In this document: positions 28,157 through 38,351 of the stretch, piece by piece | Layout: each line of letters starts with the position of its first letter | Position numbering within the stretch: the first letter of the stretch is position 1 | From: Candidatus Woesearchaeota archaeon | Lineage (GTDB): Archaea; Nanobdellota; Nanobdellia; Woesearchaeales; GW2011-AR9 | Direction: 5' to 3' | NCBI GenBank assembly: GCA_018696595.1 | Contig: JABHQW010000007.1 | Coordinates: forward strand, 1 to 58,268 | DNA: 58,268 bases | Notes under the pieces: generated by a model | The model's database searches: none | The model's input: the letters and a program-made list of their open reading frames with translations, nothing else | What the model was told of the DNA's origin: nothing | Translations under genes and position numbers: made by a program

Positions 28157-29191
28157 TTACTCTACAACCTCCGTTTCAATCTCTTCTAAGTCACAAAAGT
28201 TTGTTGTAAAATTGTACGCACCTGCATTCAAGAAAACTAATTGATCCCCTACTTTTGGATTATCTAAATAAACTCTGTAGCGAAATAAGTCCATTGAACA
28301 AGGGGTAACCCCCTTAATCACAAATGACTTTCCTTCTTCTTTAGTTAACTCTCCTTCAACAAGTAGTTTCACAGGAACAATAACTGCATCCATATTTGCA
28401 TTATACACAGAAGCGTTAACAATTATATTATTCTCATGAATAGCAATTATTTTTGTAACCAATTTACCAGCAGAGGCAGCAATAAATCTGCCTGGTTCAA
28501 TCATTAACTGAATTCCTTTTTGGTTAAGCCATTGTTTTAGTTCTGTGATTTTATTAAATATTCCAGGTAAGACTTTAACATTAGTATTGGCATATTCTGA
28601 AGGCAGACCACCACCAATATTGACTAAATCAATCATTTCTAAAACATCTTCATCAAGAATGTTAGACAATTCATATTGTAATTTCCATTCTGCCATATTT
28701 TGTGTCTTTCGATGGAAATGTATCCCTAATTGACCAATTTTAGAATTGTTTCTTAACTCTTTAACTCTTTTATTAATAACTGCAGAGGTCATTCCGAAAA
28801 CAAAATATCTTTCTGTACGCACAGATAATTCTTTTAGTTTTAATCTGAGAAGTAAATTTATCTTAACTTCGTTCTTCTCTAAGAAACTTAGTAACACATC
28901 TAAATCAGATTCGTTATCAACAACAAACCAATTAATTCTTTTCTCAACTAAACTTCTTATCTCTTCTTCATTCCAACCCTGAGCAAGAAAGATAACTCTT
29001 GACAAATCCTGATTATGTTTTAGTTCATTAACAGAATGCACAGAGAACATACAATCAACTTCATTCTCTAAAATCTTTGTAACTGTTTGATTTGTTTTGG
29101 AACTATAGGAAACAAAGTCTGCTAACTGTTTTACTTTACCAAACTGCGAAAGTACTTTACTTTTTGAGATTAGGAATTTCAGGTCATTCAT
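28157..29191 (-). CDS. PLP-dependent group IV decarboxylase (Orn/Arg/DAP family)
   Basis: SYSSKTN, GIHFH, NIGGG, EPGR, GVTPCSMD, AGAY. Confidence 0.88.
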   Translation of the reverse strand: MNDLKFLISKSKVLSQFGKVKQLADFVSYSSKTNQTVTKILENEVDCMFSVHSVNELKHNQDLSRVIFLAQGWNEEEIRSLVEKRINWFVVDNESDLDVLLSFLEKNEVKINLLLRLKLKELSVRTERYFVFGMTSAVINKRVKELRNNSKIGQLGIHFHRKTQNMAEWKLQYELSNILDEDVLEMIDLVNIGGGLPSEYANTNVKVLPGIFNKITELKQWLNQKGIQLMIEPGRFIAASAGKLVTKIIAIHENNIIVNASVYNANMDAVIVPVKLLVEGELTKEEGKSFVIKGVTPCSMDLFRYRVYLDNPKVGDQLVFLNAGAYNFTTNFCDLEEIETEVVE

Positions 29192-30123
29192 TCTAACAAG
29201 CCCTCTTCACTTAATTCTTCCAAAGCTTTAATCATCGCTAAAGGAAACATAATAGTTACATCACCGATAACAGTAGCCACATCAGAATCATCTTTGACTT
29301 TACCCCAAGATTTTGCTTCGTTAGTTGTTGCACCAGACATCGAACCAGAAGTTCTTTGCGCGGTGGTCATGTAAACAGCATAATTTGCCCCACCATTTAA
29401 CAAAGTACATAAGATGGCATGATGTTTACTAATCGAACCACCTAAAGCAATTACTGCTTTCTTATCATCATGACTTGTACAGAACAAAATATTTCCAAAA
29501 TCTTTTACCACGTCAACAATAAAATCTGAATGTTTCTGTTGAAACAAATAAAGATGGAATCCAAAAGCCCCATCAGTAATTGCTGGACAGAAAATAGGAA
29601 CATTATTTTTTGCTGCTTGATATAAAATAGAATTTTCATCGTTTAACTTTAAACCAATCTCTCTTAATAATTCTGAGACTGCCCACCTTTTCTGTTTCTG
29701 ATATAGCTCATCTAGTACGGGAGTAATCCAATCTTCAAAATTCATATAACTTTCATTCTTAACAAAAAGATTTCCTACTCGATTAACTCCTTGTTCATGT
29801 AACTCAACATCATCTGCTTCAAATCTACCAACGGAAAACTTTTCTCCATTAGCTTTCATAATATCTTCTTCTAATCCGCCAACAGTGGTTACAATGACAT
29901 CTGCAAACTTTAACTTGATTAATTGTGCAAAAAACCCTCTCAATCCAGAAGTCACCATATTTGATGTAAATGTAAGAAATACTTTTGCAGAATTCTTTTT
30001 CATTTTCACAAAAACGTCTGCTGCTTTTGCTAGCTCAACACTTTGAAACCCAACTTGACCATACTGTTGAATCAATTCCTTAACGGTAATATCTTTTTTC
30101 CATTGAAAATCTTTAACATTCAT
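29188..30123 (-). CDS. dys: Deoxyhypusine synthase
   Basis: TSNMVTSG, VTTVGGLEED, PAITDG, EAKSWGK. Confidence 0.95.
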   Translation of the reverse strand: MNVKDFQWKKDITVKELIQQYGQVGFQSVELAKAADVFVKMKKNSAKVFLTFTSNMVTSGLRGFFAQLIKLKFADVIVTTVGGLEEDIMKANGEKFSVGRFEADDVELHEQGVNRVGNLFVKNESYMNFEDWITPVLDELYQKQKRWAVSELLREIGLKLNDENSILYQAAKNNVPIFCPAITDGAFGFHLYLFQQKHSDFIVDVVKDFGNILFCTSHDDKKAVIALGGSISKHHAILCTLLNGGANYAVYMTTAQRTSGSMSGATTNEAKSWGKVKDDSDVATVIGDVTIMFPLAMIKALEELSEEGLLE

Positions 30124-30152
30124 TTTAATCCTCGTAATTTTTTAATACCATT

Positions 30153-30800
30153 TTAACGATAACCTTCTCCTGGTGGTGCACCAATTAATGCGCCCCCATC
30201 TTTTAAGAAAGCTTTTTCAGCAGTAACGGGGGCAACACTTTGTCCTTGAAATTCAACTTGCCAAGCCCAATGTTGTGGCCCATAATTGTCAACAACAACA
30301 TCAAATTGTCCTAACAAAGAATGATCCGTTAAAGCTTCTTCTAAACTAATTTGGTGATGCCTAATATTAGAAGAATCTAAAATAATCTTTGCTCTTTGTC
30401 TTAGTTCATTCATTTCTTCTAAATGACTTGGATCTTTCACACATTTTTCCATTTGATCAAAAAGATTAATGCAAGTAGTATAATCAACAAAGTCAATTAT
30501 ATCTATTTGGCCACCTTGTTTAACTACCTGCTTTGGAAATTGTCCTAATCCCGCTCCGATTTCTAAATAACTTTTATCTAGATCAAAATTAGTAAAAAGT
30601 TCACTAACATCAGGATGGTAACCCTTTCCTAACTTTTTCCCAACAAGATCTCTACCCGTAACTGTAAGGTCGTGCATACCACCTTCTCCATGATAAAAAT
30701 AAAAATGCTTCCCTCCTCTACTTAAATGTAATCTTGGTTCGTAAACCAATGTCAATCCATCTTCTTGTATCTTTTCCATTTTCTTAATAAACACACACAA
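30153..30800 (-). CDS. Class I SAM-dependent methyltransferase
   Basis: YLEIGAGLG, FDVVVD, LKDGG. Confidence 0.75.
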   Translation of the reverse strand: MCVFIKKMEKIQEDGLTLVYEPRLHLSRGGKHFYFYHGEGGMHDLTVTGRDLVGKKLGKGYHPDVSELFTNFDLDKSYLEIGAGLGQFPKQVVKQGGQIDIIDFVDYTTCINLFDQMEKCVKDPSHLEEMNELRQRAKIILDSSNIRHHQISLEEALTDHSLLGQFDVVVDNYGPQHWAWQVEFQGQSVAPVTAEKAFLKDGGALIGAPPGEGYR

Positions 30801-30897
30801 AACTCACTAATAGAATTATAATAATAGTACTTTAACTTCCACGTTTTCTTACTGAACTCATTATATACTCAAGAATATAGTTTATTTATAAGGTTTT

Positions 30898-32070
30898 CTA
30901 AGCTTTATTTACTTCTAAAGCACAAACATTACTTCTAGCACACATAGAAGAACAACCAAACCCGTTAACCAAATAGTTAGGATCATAAAGTAATCTTATT
31001 ACTACTTCCTTCAGAGCAAATGCGTCTTTATAAGATACTAAAGATTCTAATTCATCATCATCAAACCCAAAACGATTAAAGAAACTCTTACAATAATCTC
31101 TTTCTCGAGATTCTCTTCCAAGAAAGTCCTCTTGTTCTCGGTGCAATAAAGAATCATACTTCTTAATTATTGCTTGCGACAACCAAGTGGGATGCATTTC
31201 ATTAGAATCCAACTCTGAAACTTCATCTAAACCCTGATGTTTGTAAGCATATTTATGAAACGCTAAACGCAGATAAGGTAATGCAGGAGCAACCGCAGAA
31301 CCTTGAATCTCATGGAGAATTTCAGAAAACCCAATATATGTTGTCTTACACGATTTTCTAAATAGTTTTTCAAGAGAGTCCATTTCTTTTTCAGAATTAT
31401 CGTCAGTAATTCGACTGGTTCCAATCAAATAACGTTTAGCATTATTTAAGATAAACACATTCTTAAAACATTGATATATTTTGTCCCGTTCATTAAACCC
31501 ACTAAGAGTTAAGGCGGCATGAATTTTATCAGCAAATTTAACTTGAATAGTGGCATCTTTCACTTCAGGATCTTGACAGGAAAAGATTCGAGAAATTGAA
31601 CGATAATAACGTTCTCGCTTGTGCCGACTGATCAAATCAACAACAGAAATTAATTTTTCGGGAGTTGCCCCAGAAATCCCCCCTTCAGGAAATAAATCAT
31701 TTAGATTTAAACTTAGAACCGCTTGCATTTGTTCCTCAAGAACATCAAGCACATCTAATCCTTCTGGAACTCCGCCTCTTGCTATAGTGGCATCAACTAA
31801 TTCTTCAACATAATCATGTAACATTCCAGCTGATTGAGCTAAAAACGAAGCACCAGCTTTTTGCAAAAGATGAGTTACTGTAAGAGGGTGGATCAAATGA
31901 TCTGTACCATCTTTTCTTTTCCCAAACCTCTCAAACTCAATCATGTCATAAAATACTTTGAGAAGTCTAACCTCCTCCATAGTGCCAACTGCAATATGAG
32001 AAAAATCAGTATTTGGTAATGGCGTCCAGATCTCTGTGGAGTTGATTACTCCCTCAAGGTCTTTAAACAT
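30898..32070 (-). CDS. HD-domain protein (RelA/SpoT hydrolase-like)
   Basis: RKDG...IHPLTV, LHDYVEE, VKFADKIH. Confidence 0.7.
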   Translation of the reverse strand: MFKDLEGVINSTEIWTPLPNTDFSHIAVGTMEEVRLLKVFYDMIEFERFGKRKDGTDHLIHPLTVTHLLQKAGASFLAQSAGMLHDYVEELVDATIARGGVPEGLDVLDVLEEQMQAVLSLNLNDLFPEGGISGATPEKLISVVDLISRHKRERYYRSISRIFSCQDPEVKDATIQVKFADKIHAALTLSGFNERDKIYQCFKNVFILNNAKRYLIGTSRITDDNSEKEMDSLEKLFRKSCKTTYIGFSEILHEIQGSAVAPALPYLRLAFHKYAYKHQGLDEVSELDSNEMHPTWLSQAIIKKYDSLLHREQEDFLGRESRERDYCKSFFNRFGFDDDELESLVSYKDAFALKEVVIRLLYDPNYLVNGFGCSSMCARSNVCALEVNKA

Positions 32071-32173
32071 TATTAATAAGAGGTAAGTTGAAATACTATT
32101 TATAGATTTATACTCTAAAGTGGTCTGTTAGAGATTTATAATAAGAATTGATACCTCCTGTAGGATTAAAAAC

Positions 32174-32494
32174 TTATTCAAACAAATACTCTGCTACACT
32201 AGGAATCCTACCATAAGTTTCTTGTAACCAAATTTTAAAGGCATCTTTATTCTCTTCAGGTCTCCTTTGTGGAAAGATTCCTAAATGTTCTTTACAAAGA
32301 TCATAATTAAAATCCAAGTGTATTGTGGGAATTATTTCAACCCTCAAAGGTTCTCTTTCTATAACGGTATCAATACTAACCCCAGCATCTCTAGCACCGT
32401 TAGATTTGTAAACTAATCCAAATCCTATTTGAAGAGATCCCAATGGTCGTTTTGTAATTACATCATATTTCATAGGAAAAGCAATTCTCTTCAA
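32174..32494 (-). CDS. Hypothetical protein
   Basis: 106-aa ORF, no motif. Confidence 0.5.
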   Translation of the reverse strand: MKRIAFPMKYDVITKRPLGSLQIGFGLVYKSNGARDAGVSIDTVIEREPLRVEIIPTIHLDFNYDLCKEHLGIFPQRRPEENKDAFKIWLQETYGRIPSVAEYLFE

Positions 32495-32551
32495 GTTATT
32501 TATAAGTGTTTCTTAGAAAACTTTAAAATAACTAAACAAAATCTAACTTTT

Positions 32552-33343
32552 ATGAACTTAGTAGATGTACATTGCCACTTGAACCAAGAACTATTTAAGA
32601 AAGATATAAACGAAGTTATCAAAAGAGCAAAAGATAATGGAGTGAAAGCAATCATTGTTTCTGGAACAAATCCGTTAGCGAATCAAGAAGTTCTTGAAAT
32701 GAAAAAGTTAGATCCAATCATCAAAGTCTCTTTAGGATTACATCCAATTGACGCTTTAGGATTATCTGAAGGAGAAACAGGAATCTCTAAACCAGAAGGA
32801 AAAGTTGACTTAGAAAAAGAATTCAAATATATTGAAGAACATCAAGATGAAATTGTTGCTATTGGCGAAATTGGGCTAGACTATTATTGGGATAAAGACC
32901 ACCATGAAGAACAGCAAGATGTTTTTAGAAAGATTTTAAGATTAGCAGTCAAACTAAACAAACCAGTTATTATTCACACTTGGGCAGCAGAAGAAGACAC
33001 AATAAATATTCTAGAAGAAGAAATAAAAGGCAAAGTTCCTGTAGTTTTACATTGTTTTGGTGGCAGAAAATCTTTAGTGACAAAAGCAATTGAATCAGGA
33101 TATTATTTCTCAGTTCCACCATCAACTGTTAGGACTGGAAACTTTAATACAAAGATTAAGAAAATCCCAATGAAACAATTATTAACAGAAACAGATGCGC
33201 CTTGGCAAGGTCATCTTAAAGGCGAAAGAAACGAACCAGCTTGTGTTCTGGAAACTGTGAAAAAGATTGCAGAGATTAAAGAGATTTCTGTAGAAGAAGC
33301 TGCTGAACAGATTTGGAATAATTACGAAAAAGTGTTTCTATAA
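32552..33343 (+). CDS. tatD: TatD family nuclease
   Basis: DVHCH, GLHP, IGEIGLDY, LHCF, ETDAP. Confidence 0.95.
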   Translation: MNLVDVHCHLNQELFKKDINEVIKRAKDNGVKAIIVSGTNPLANQEVLEMKKLDPIIKVSLGLHPIDALGLSEGETGISKPEGKVDLEKEFKYIEEHQDEIVAIGEIGLDYYWDKDHHEEQQDVFRKILRLAVKLNKPVIIHTWAAEEDTINILEEEIKGKVPVVLHCFGGRKSLVTKAIESGYYFSVPPSTVRTGNFNTKIKKIPMKQLLTETDAPWQGHLKGERNEPACVLETVKKIAEIKEISVEEAAEQIWNNYEKVFL

Positions 33344-34132
33344 ATTCTCTGCTCGCCATTCTCTAAAACCGCAACCAAAAACTGCTGAAAAGTTTTTGTA
33401 AAGTGTATTTCTACTGGAATAACTTAATTCATCAGCAATTTCTGCTCCTCTTTTTCCTTGCCTTAACAGTTCAGGCACTAACGCCATCTTTTCTTCAATT
33501 CCTTTAAGTTCTTCAACAACAGTGTGATCTAGATTAAACAACTCTTTCTTTTCTGACAAATACAACCCACTATCGTAAACAGAACTAAATCTTTGATACA
33601 TAAAATCATGTGCTTTTATTGCATCGGCATGAGAATAAACAAGTCCCCTTGAGCCAACTTCATTATCCTCACCAACTTGAGCATAACGAACAAGAACTTG
33701 ATGTAACCCTAACAAAAATTCTGGATTGAAACAAAAAACTAAATGATTACTACCATTATCATTAACTTGAATACGGCCCTTAGTATCAGAAAATCCCCTA
33801 ACTAAGTTCCGAGCTACTTTTTTAGAGATTCCTTTAGGAAAAGATCTTTCTTTCTTAGGTACTAAAACTTTATGATCATCCAAATATTCTCTTAAAGATC
33901 CAGTAGAACCAACCCTTAACCAATGAGAAGACTTGCCCTCACGATTATCAGAAGCAATGGCGTGTTCACTTTCCAATTCTCTTTTAACAATCTCTACTAA
34001 ATCTTGATTAGAAGAACGGAAGATTATTCCCCTTTTTCCGAAAGGGATAGCACCACCATAAAAAGCACCCAACAAGTAAAACTGATCAAAACCACTTCCT
34101 TTAAAATAATCTTCTTTAATTCTTTTAGTCAT
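33338..34132 (-). CDS. LAGLIDADG-fold protein with C-terminal AraC-like HTH
   Basis: YLLGAFYGGA and LVRGFSDTKG helices; EIADELSYSSRNTLYKNFSAVFGCGFREWR. Confidence 0.65.
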   Translation of the reverse strand: MTKRIKEDYFKGSGFDQFYLLGAFYGGAIPFGKRGIIFRSSNQDLVEIVKRELESEHAIASDNREGKSSHWLRVGSTGSLREYLDDHKVLVPKKERSFPKGISKKVARNLVRGFSDTKGRIQVNDNGSNHLVFCFNPEFLLGLHQVLVRYAQVGEDNEVGSRGLVYSHADAIKAHDFMYQRFSSVYDSGLYLSEKKELFNLDHTVVEELKGIEEKMALVPELLRQGKRGAEIADELSYSSRNTLYKNFSAVFGCGFREWRAENL

Positions 34133-35037
34133 CTTCTTAGTTCACCCATAATGGCCTCATAAACACGATCTGTTTCTCCAGTGTCAATAGTAACCCCGCC
34201 AGAATAAGGATGGCCACCGCCACCTAAAGTGTTTAAGAAAGCCCCAATATCTAAATTAGGAGAATTATCAACAATTAATGGATTCTTAACAACTTGGAAT
34301 CGTGTTTCTCTGTGATCCAAGCCAGGGTGATAAGTTCTAACCATAACACCAGAGTCTTTACCACCATCAAAAACAAAAGGGTCATACATAAAAGAACAGC
34401 GAGTATAAATCTTTGAAGGAGCACCCCGTAAATCAACTAATAACAACCCATTCGAGGATTGCATTTGTTGTTTGAGATAAGGCCTAGCCAATTCCTGCAT
34501 TCTAAAGTATTCAGTTATTTTATCTTCAACTAAAGGATCAGCAATAATCTCTCCAATATGGTCCCCCTTATCTTTCATCAAACTCATTAAATAATGGTTA
34601 AACTGAACAGTATTAACCTCAGAAAAATCTTCATTAATCAGTTTAGATAATAAATAATAACCATAAGGTTCAAAGATTTCTTCGGGAGTTAGGTCTAATG
34701 AATCAATTCGATCAGTCTCAGAAACCAATGCTCCATAACCGGGAACCTCAAACACTCTTGCCAAAATTCCAGCACAACTATCGGCAGTTTCTCTGACACC
34801 AAGAATACCTTCAAATTTATCTAAAAAGTTACTCAGGTGATGATCGAACCAATATGTGGCACCAGAGATATAAGGCAGATCTGTAACTACAATCTCTTGA
34901 CCAATAATATCAATTATTCCATGTTGGGCATCAGAAGGTCTAGCAAACCTAACGTCTTCCGGTTCAAAACCAAAATGTATTCCAGCCAACATAGCTGAAA
35001 CTAAACCATCCAAGTCAGAATGAGTAATTCCTATCAT
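34129..35037 (-). CDS. DHH family phosphoesterase
   Basis: HSDLDG, TD, FDHH, GGGH. Confidence 0.88.
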   Translation of the reverse strand: MIGITHSDLDGLVSAMLAGIHFGFEPEDVRFARPSDAQHGIIDIIGQEIVVTDLPYISGATYWFDHHLSNFLDKFEGILGVRETADSCAGILARVFEVPGYGALVSETDRIDSLDLTPEEIFEPYGYYLLSKLINEDFSEVNTVQFNHYLMSLMKDKGDHIGEIIADPLVEDKITEYFRMQELARPYLKQQMQSSNGLLLVDLRGAPSKIYTRCSFMYDPFVFDGGKDSGVMVRTYHPGLDHRETRFQVVKNPLIVDNSPNLDIGAFLNTLGGGGHPYSGGVTIDTGETDRVYEAIMGELRR

Positions 35038-35105
35038 TAACCTAAAATTTACCCGTTTCTTTTTAAAATTTGTCCAAAGTGTTACTACTTACTATAATAA
35101 TGTCG

Positions 35106-35145
35106 CACTAGACACACTAGACAACCTTGGAAAGAATATATAAAT
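35106..35145. promoter_or_regulatory. 40-bp sequence identical to 56264-56303, containing a TATA-like box
   Basis: cactagacacactagacaaccttggaaagaatatataaat; at this copy tagacacacta is mirrored by tagtgtgtcta (35146-35156). Confidence 0.7.
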
Positions 35146-35166
35146 TAGTGTGTCTATTAAGATTAT

Positions 35167-35295
35167 ATGAAAAAAGTCAAACTGTTTAGAAAAGGTAGAT
35201 TTGTGGGACTGGTAAAAGAAGACTTCCATAACATCCATCATCAAGAACAAGATAATTCTATGTGGGAACAGCTTGGGTTAAGTAAAATTTATTAG
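35167..35295 (+). CDS. Possible 42-aa protein
   Basis: MKKVKLFRKGRF...; fills an otherwise empty gap just downstream of the TATA-like repeat. Confidence 0.3.
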   Translation: MKKVKLFRKGRFVGLVKEDFHNIHHQEQDNSMWEQLGLSKIY

Positions 35296-35296
35296 T

Positions 35297-35680
35297 TTAT
35301 AATAAGCTATAAGTGTTCAGTTTAGGAATATCTTCATTGCAGAACGGACAAGATCTAGGTCTTTTTCTAAATGGATCATATTTAAAAGAATATTTACAGT
35401 TACAACAAGTACATTGTAAATGTTCAGACCCAGGAACTTTTTGGAATTGTGGTTGTTCTTTATCTCTTTCACGTTTTACTTTTTGTAAATACTCATCATC
35501 CATATCCCAACCAGCCGGTTTAGAAGGTTTCTCTTGCTCTGCTTTCGCTTTTTCTTTTTGTAGTTGAGTTTTACCACGAAAACAATCTGGACAGACCATC
35601 ATTTTGTACTTATAATGTAACTTAAATTGATCTGCAGGTACTTCTTTATCACAATTTCTACATTTTGCTTTGATAGTCAT
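35297..35680 (-). CDS. Double zinc-ribbon protein
   Basis: CRNC/CPDC and CCNC/CPFC pairs. Confidence 0.75.
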   Translation of the reverse strand: MTIKAKCRNCDKEVPADQFKLHYKYKMMVCPDCFRGKTQLQKEKAKAEQEKPSKPAGWDMDDEYLQKVKRERDKEQPQFQKVPGSEHLQCTCCNCKYSFKYDPFRKRPRSCPFCNEDIPKLNTYSLL

Positions 35681-35725
35681 ACTAATAGAGAAAAATTAAT
35701 TGTTTTTATATATTTTGGTTGTCTA

Positions 35726-36961
35726 TCATACATTAATCTTAACAACTTCCTTAACTTTCTCCTTAAAATAATCATCATTTACAGAATTCTTAACAAAACT
35801 AGACAATTTACGATGTTTAACTTTGATCTTAGCAAATATTTTACCATTCTTAGTAAAAGTATTCTTGTTTTTCTTCTTGAAGTCTTTAACATAATCTTTA
35901 AGTTTTAACGGCGGACCAGAACGAACTTCAAATTCTGGCAACTCTTTATTTTTTACCACAAAATAAAAGTCGGCTTTTCTTTTCTGACCCCAGTCCCATT
36001 CAGAAAATTTCAACCCAAATGGTTCTAACTCCTTTTCTAAGAAACCAAACGCTTTCAATAGTTTAACCCCAACGACATCTCGCTTCCCAATCAAAGCTTT
36101 CAATTCTAAATGAACCAAGTTGCCTTTCTTTTTTAGTTTCTCAAGATTGATTTCTTGTTTCTCAAAGAATTTTTGATTTGGCTGATCCAAATATTTCTTT
36201 GCTAATTTCTTAAACTGAGCAAATCTTTCTTCAGACAAAGCGGCAGCAGCATTTCTATTCTTATCAACGGGATCAATAATAATTAACGGAGACTGTAATT
36301 TAGATTTATTTAAATTGAAAAAAACATCTTTGCCCTGATAATACTTTTCAGGGTCAATTACTTGTTTATTTTTCCATTTCAGTGAAGATTTTAATAATTT
36401 CTCAAACGACCCGTAATGCGCAACCAGGATCTCTAAAATATAACCAGAGAACCCAGAGATGTGAGATTCTGCCCCATAAATTTTATTCGCTTTACAAAAC
36501 TGTTTTACTAGACGGATATCATCTTTAATGTTCTTAGCATTTTTGTTAACCCAAACAGAATGTAACGTAGAAACATCAGTAATGTTAAGTGCTTTTTCTG
36601 ATTTACTAATTTTAATGATTGGGACGATCTCAAATTCATATTTATGGTAAGTTAATTGAAAATAATCTCTGCTACCATGAAGCTTAGAAATTTTTACTTT
36701 AGGAAATGCTTTATTTAACGCTTTTTCCAAATGTAGAGTTAATTCCATTGATTGGCCTTTATATTTCTGATAATCAAACTGTACAAAAATATCTATATCA
36801 TGACTTCCTGATAACCAAGTATCCTTTGCACCAGATCCACCAAGGATTGCTTTTGCATTATTTAATTTAGAATTAAGCTGTTTAATGAATTGAGTAACTA
36901 CTTTCTTAAATTGAACTTGCTCCTCTTTACTAGGTTTAATTTTGTCTAATACTTCTTGCAT
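35726..36961 (-). CDS. cca: Archaeal class I CCA-adding enzyme
   Basis: GGSGAKDTW...DIDIF, DPVDKNRNAAAA. Confidence 0.93.
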   Translation of the reverse strand: MQEVLDKIKPSKEEQVQFKKVVTQFIKQLNSKLNNAKAILGGSGAKDTWLSGSHDIDIFVQFDYQKYKGQSMELTLHLEKALNKAFPKVKISKLHGSRDYFQLTYHKYEFEIVPIIKISKSEKALNITDVSTLHSVWVNKNAKNIKDDIRLVKQFCKANKIYGAESHISGFSGYILEILVAHYGSFEKLLKSSLKWKNKQVIDPEKYYQGKDVFFNLNKSKLQSPLIIIDPVDKNRNAAAALSEERFAQFKKLAKKYLDQPNQKFFEKQEINLEKLKKKGNLVHLELKALIGKRDVVGVKLLKAFGFLEKELEPFGLKFSEWDWGQKRKADFYFVVKNKELPEFEVRSGPPLKLKDYVKDFKKKNKNTFTKNGKIFAKIKVKHRKLSSFVKNSVNDDYFKEKVKEVVKINV

Positions 36962-37023
36962 GAGTTAAAGAATTATTTGTGGTTATATTAATGTTTTTGT
37001 TTTAACAATAAAAGAATAAGAAC

Positions 37024-37764
37024 CTAAATCTTCTTAAACTCTTTCTCAATCTCTTTTTCCAATAACTTTTCTTCTTTCTCTAAGAAATGTAATCCTTTAA
37101 TCAAAGATTTCTTAATTTGATTCTTGAAGATTACGATCAACAATAATAAAGTTACAACTATAGTAATAATAATCATAGAAACACTAACTTTCCCTGCTGC
37201 TAACTCTGCTCCAAAGTAAGTTAAGATAATCATCTGAACAACAAAACCAAGAGTAGAAACCCAATTAAATTGCCTAAGCTTAATTGTTGTTAACCCGGCA
37301 GTAAAACTAACTAAATCATTTGGAAAGATTGGCGTAATTCTAGCCAAGAATAAAGCCCACAATTTCTTTTGTCTGAAGAAAATATTAAAATGAACAATCT
37401 CTTTTTTGCTAAAAAGTCTTAAGGCTAATTCCTTACCATACTTTCTACCTGTTAAGAAAATAATCATCGAACCTAGAAATGCGCCAATTAAACTGTAAAC
37501 TAAACCCAAAATAGGACCAAAAACAAAACCAGCAATGATTGTAGTAATTTGAGAGGGAATAACAGAAATAGTTGTTTGGAATGTCTGCAAAAGAATTATC
37601 GCAATAGGAGCAAGAATCCCAAAGCCCAAAATAAGATTTTTCAAAGATTCTGGGTTTGAAAGATACTGTTTAGCAATCGGAGATTCAACAAATAAGATAT
37701 AAGCTAAAAGGATTAATATTAGTAATAGAAAATACTTTAATTTGTGGGCCCTCTTTTCAATCAT
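37024..37764 (-). CDS. TVP38/TMEM64 (VTT/DedA) membrane protein
   Basis: IPSQI, LARITPIFPNDLVSF. Confidence 0.88.
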   Translation of the reverse strand: MIEKRAHKLKYFLLLILILLAYILFVESPIAKQYLSNPESLKNLILGFGILAPIAIILLQTFQTTISVIPSQITTIIAGFVFGPILGLVYSLIGAFLGSMIIFLTGRKYGKELALRLFSKKEIVHFNIFFRQKKLWALFLARITPIFPNDLVSFTAGLTTIKLRQFNWVSTLGFVVQMIILTYFGAELAAGKVSVSMIIITIVVTLLLLIVIFKNQIKKSLIKGLHFLEKEEKLLEKEIEKEFKKI

Positions 37765-37864
37765 AACTTGATAATATCTTTTTCATTTATAAATTTATTT
37801 AAGATTGTATTATTGTAAAATTGCTTAATGCATCTTCAAAATTTTTAATGGTTTTTCTGTTGGA

Positions 37865-37904
37865 GCTACTTCCCCGTAAGGGACAACCCCCAGTAACGCT
37901 CTAA
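37865..37904 (+). repeat. GC-rich intergenic repeat, 32/40 identical to 55794-55833
   Basis: gctac..cccgta.gg..caacccc..gtaacgc.ctaa; weaker similarity continues ~35 nt. Confidence 0.55.
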
Positions 37905-38012
37905 GATGTAATCAATTGGTTGAATTTTGACTTGATGATGCAGATAGCAATTTTACTTGATTTATTTGAGTTGAGGGGTAACAACAATTTTTTATACTCA
38001 ATTATTTTTCTA

Positions 38013-38312
38013 ATGAAAATGGCAGTGTTAAGAGCGAGGGTTAGTTGTTTTCGTTGTAGAAGACCAGTAAACAAATTGTCCACGATTACTAATAAATCTA
38101 TTAACGGAGAATTTAGACATGAATGTTCTGAATGTTTTAGAAAAGCTAAAAGAGACCCTTTATTAGCTGGTATTGAAGAAGTTAAACAAAAAAAAGAATA
38201 TTATTGTGAAAGATGTAGATATAGGTTTCATTCTAAAAGTGGCGTTTGCCCTTATTGCAGTAGAACCGATCAAGTAATTGGTGGCAAAGTTACAGTTATG
38301 GACTTGCTCTGA
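38013..38312 (+). CDS. Zinc-ribbon protein
   Basis: CFRC/CSEC and CERC/CPYC pairs. Confidence 0.75.
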   Translation: MKMAVLRARVSCFRCRRPVNKLSTITNKSINGEFRHECSECFRKAKRDPLLAGIEEVKQKKEYYCERCRYRFHSKSGVCPYCSRTDQVIGGKVTVMDLL

Positions 38313-38351
38313 AAACAAAAGATTTAATTACAACAACTCCTTTCTATCTTT

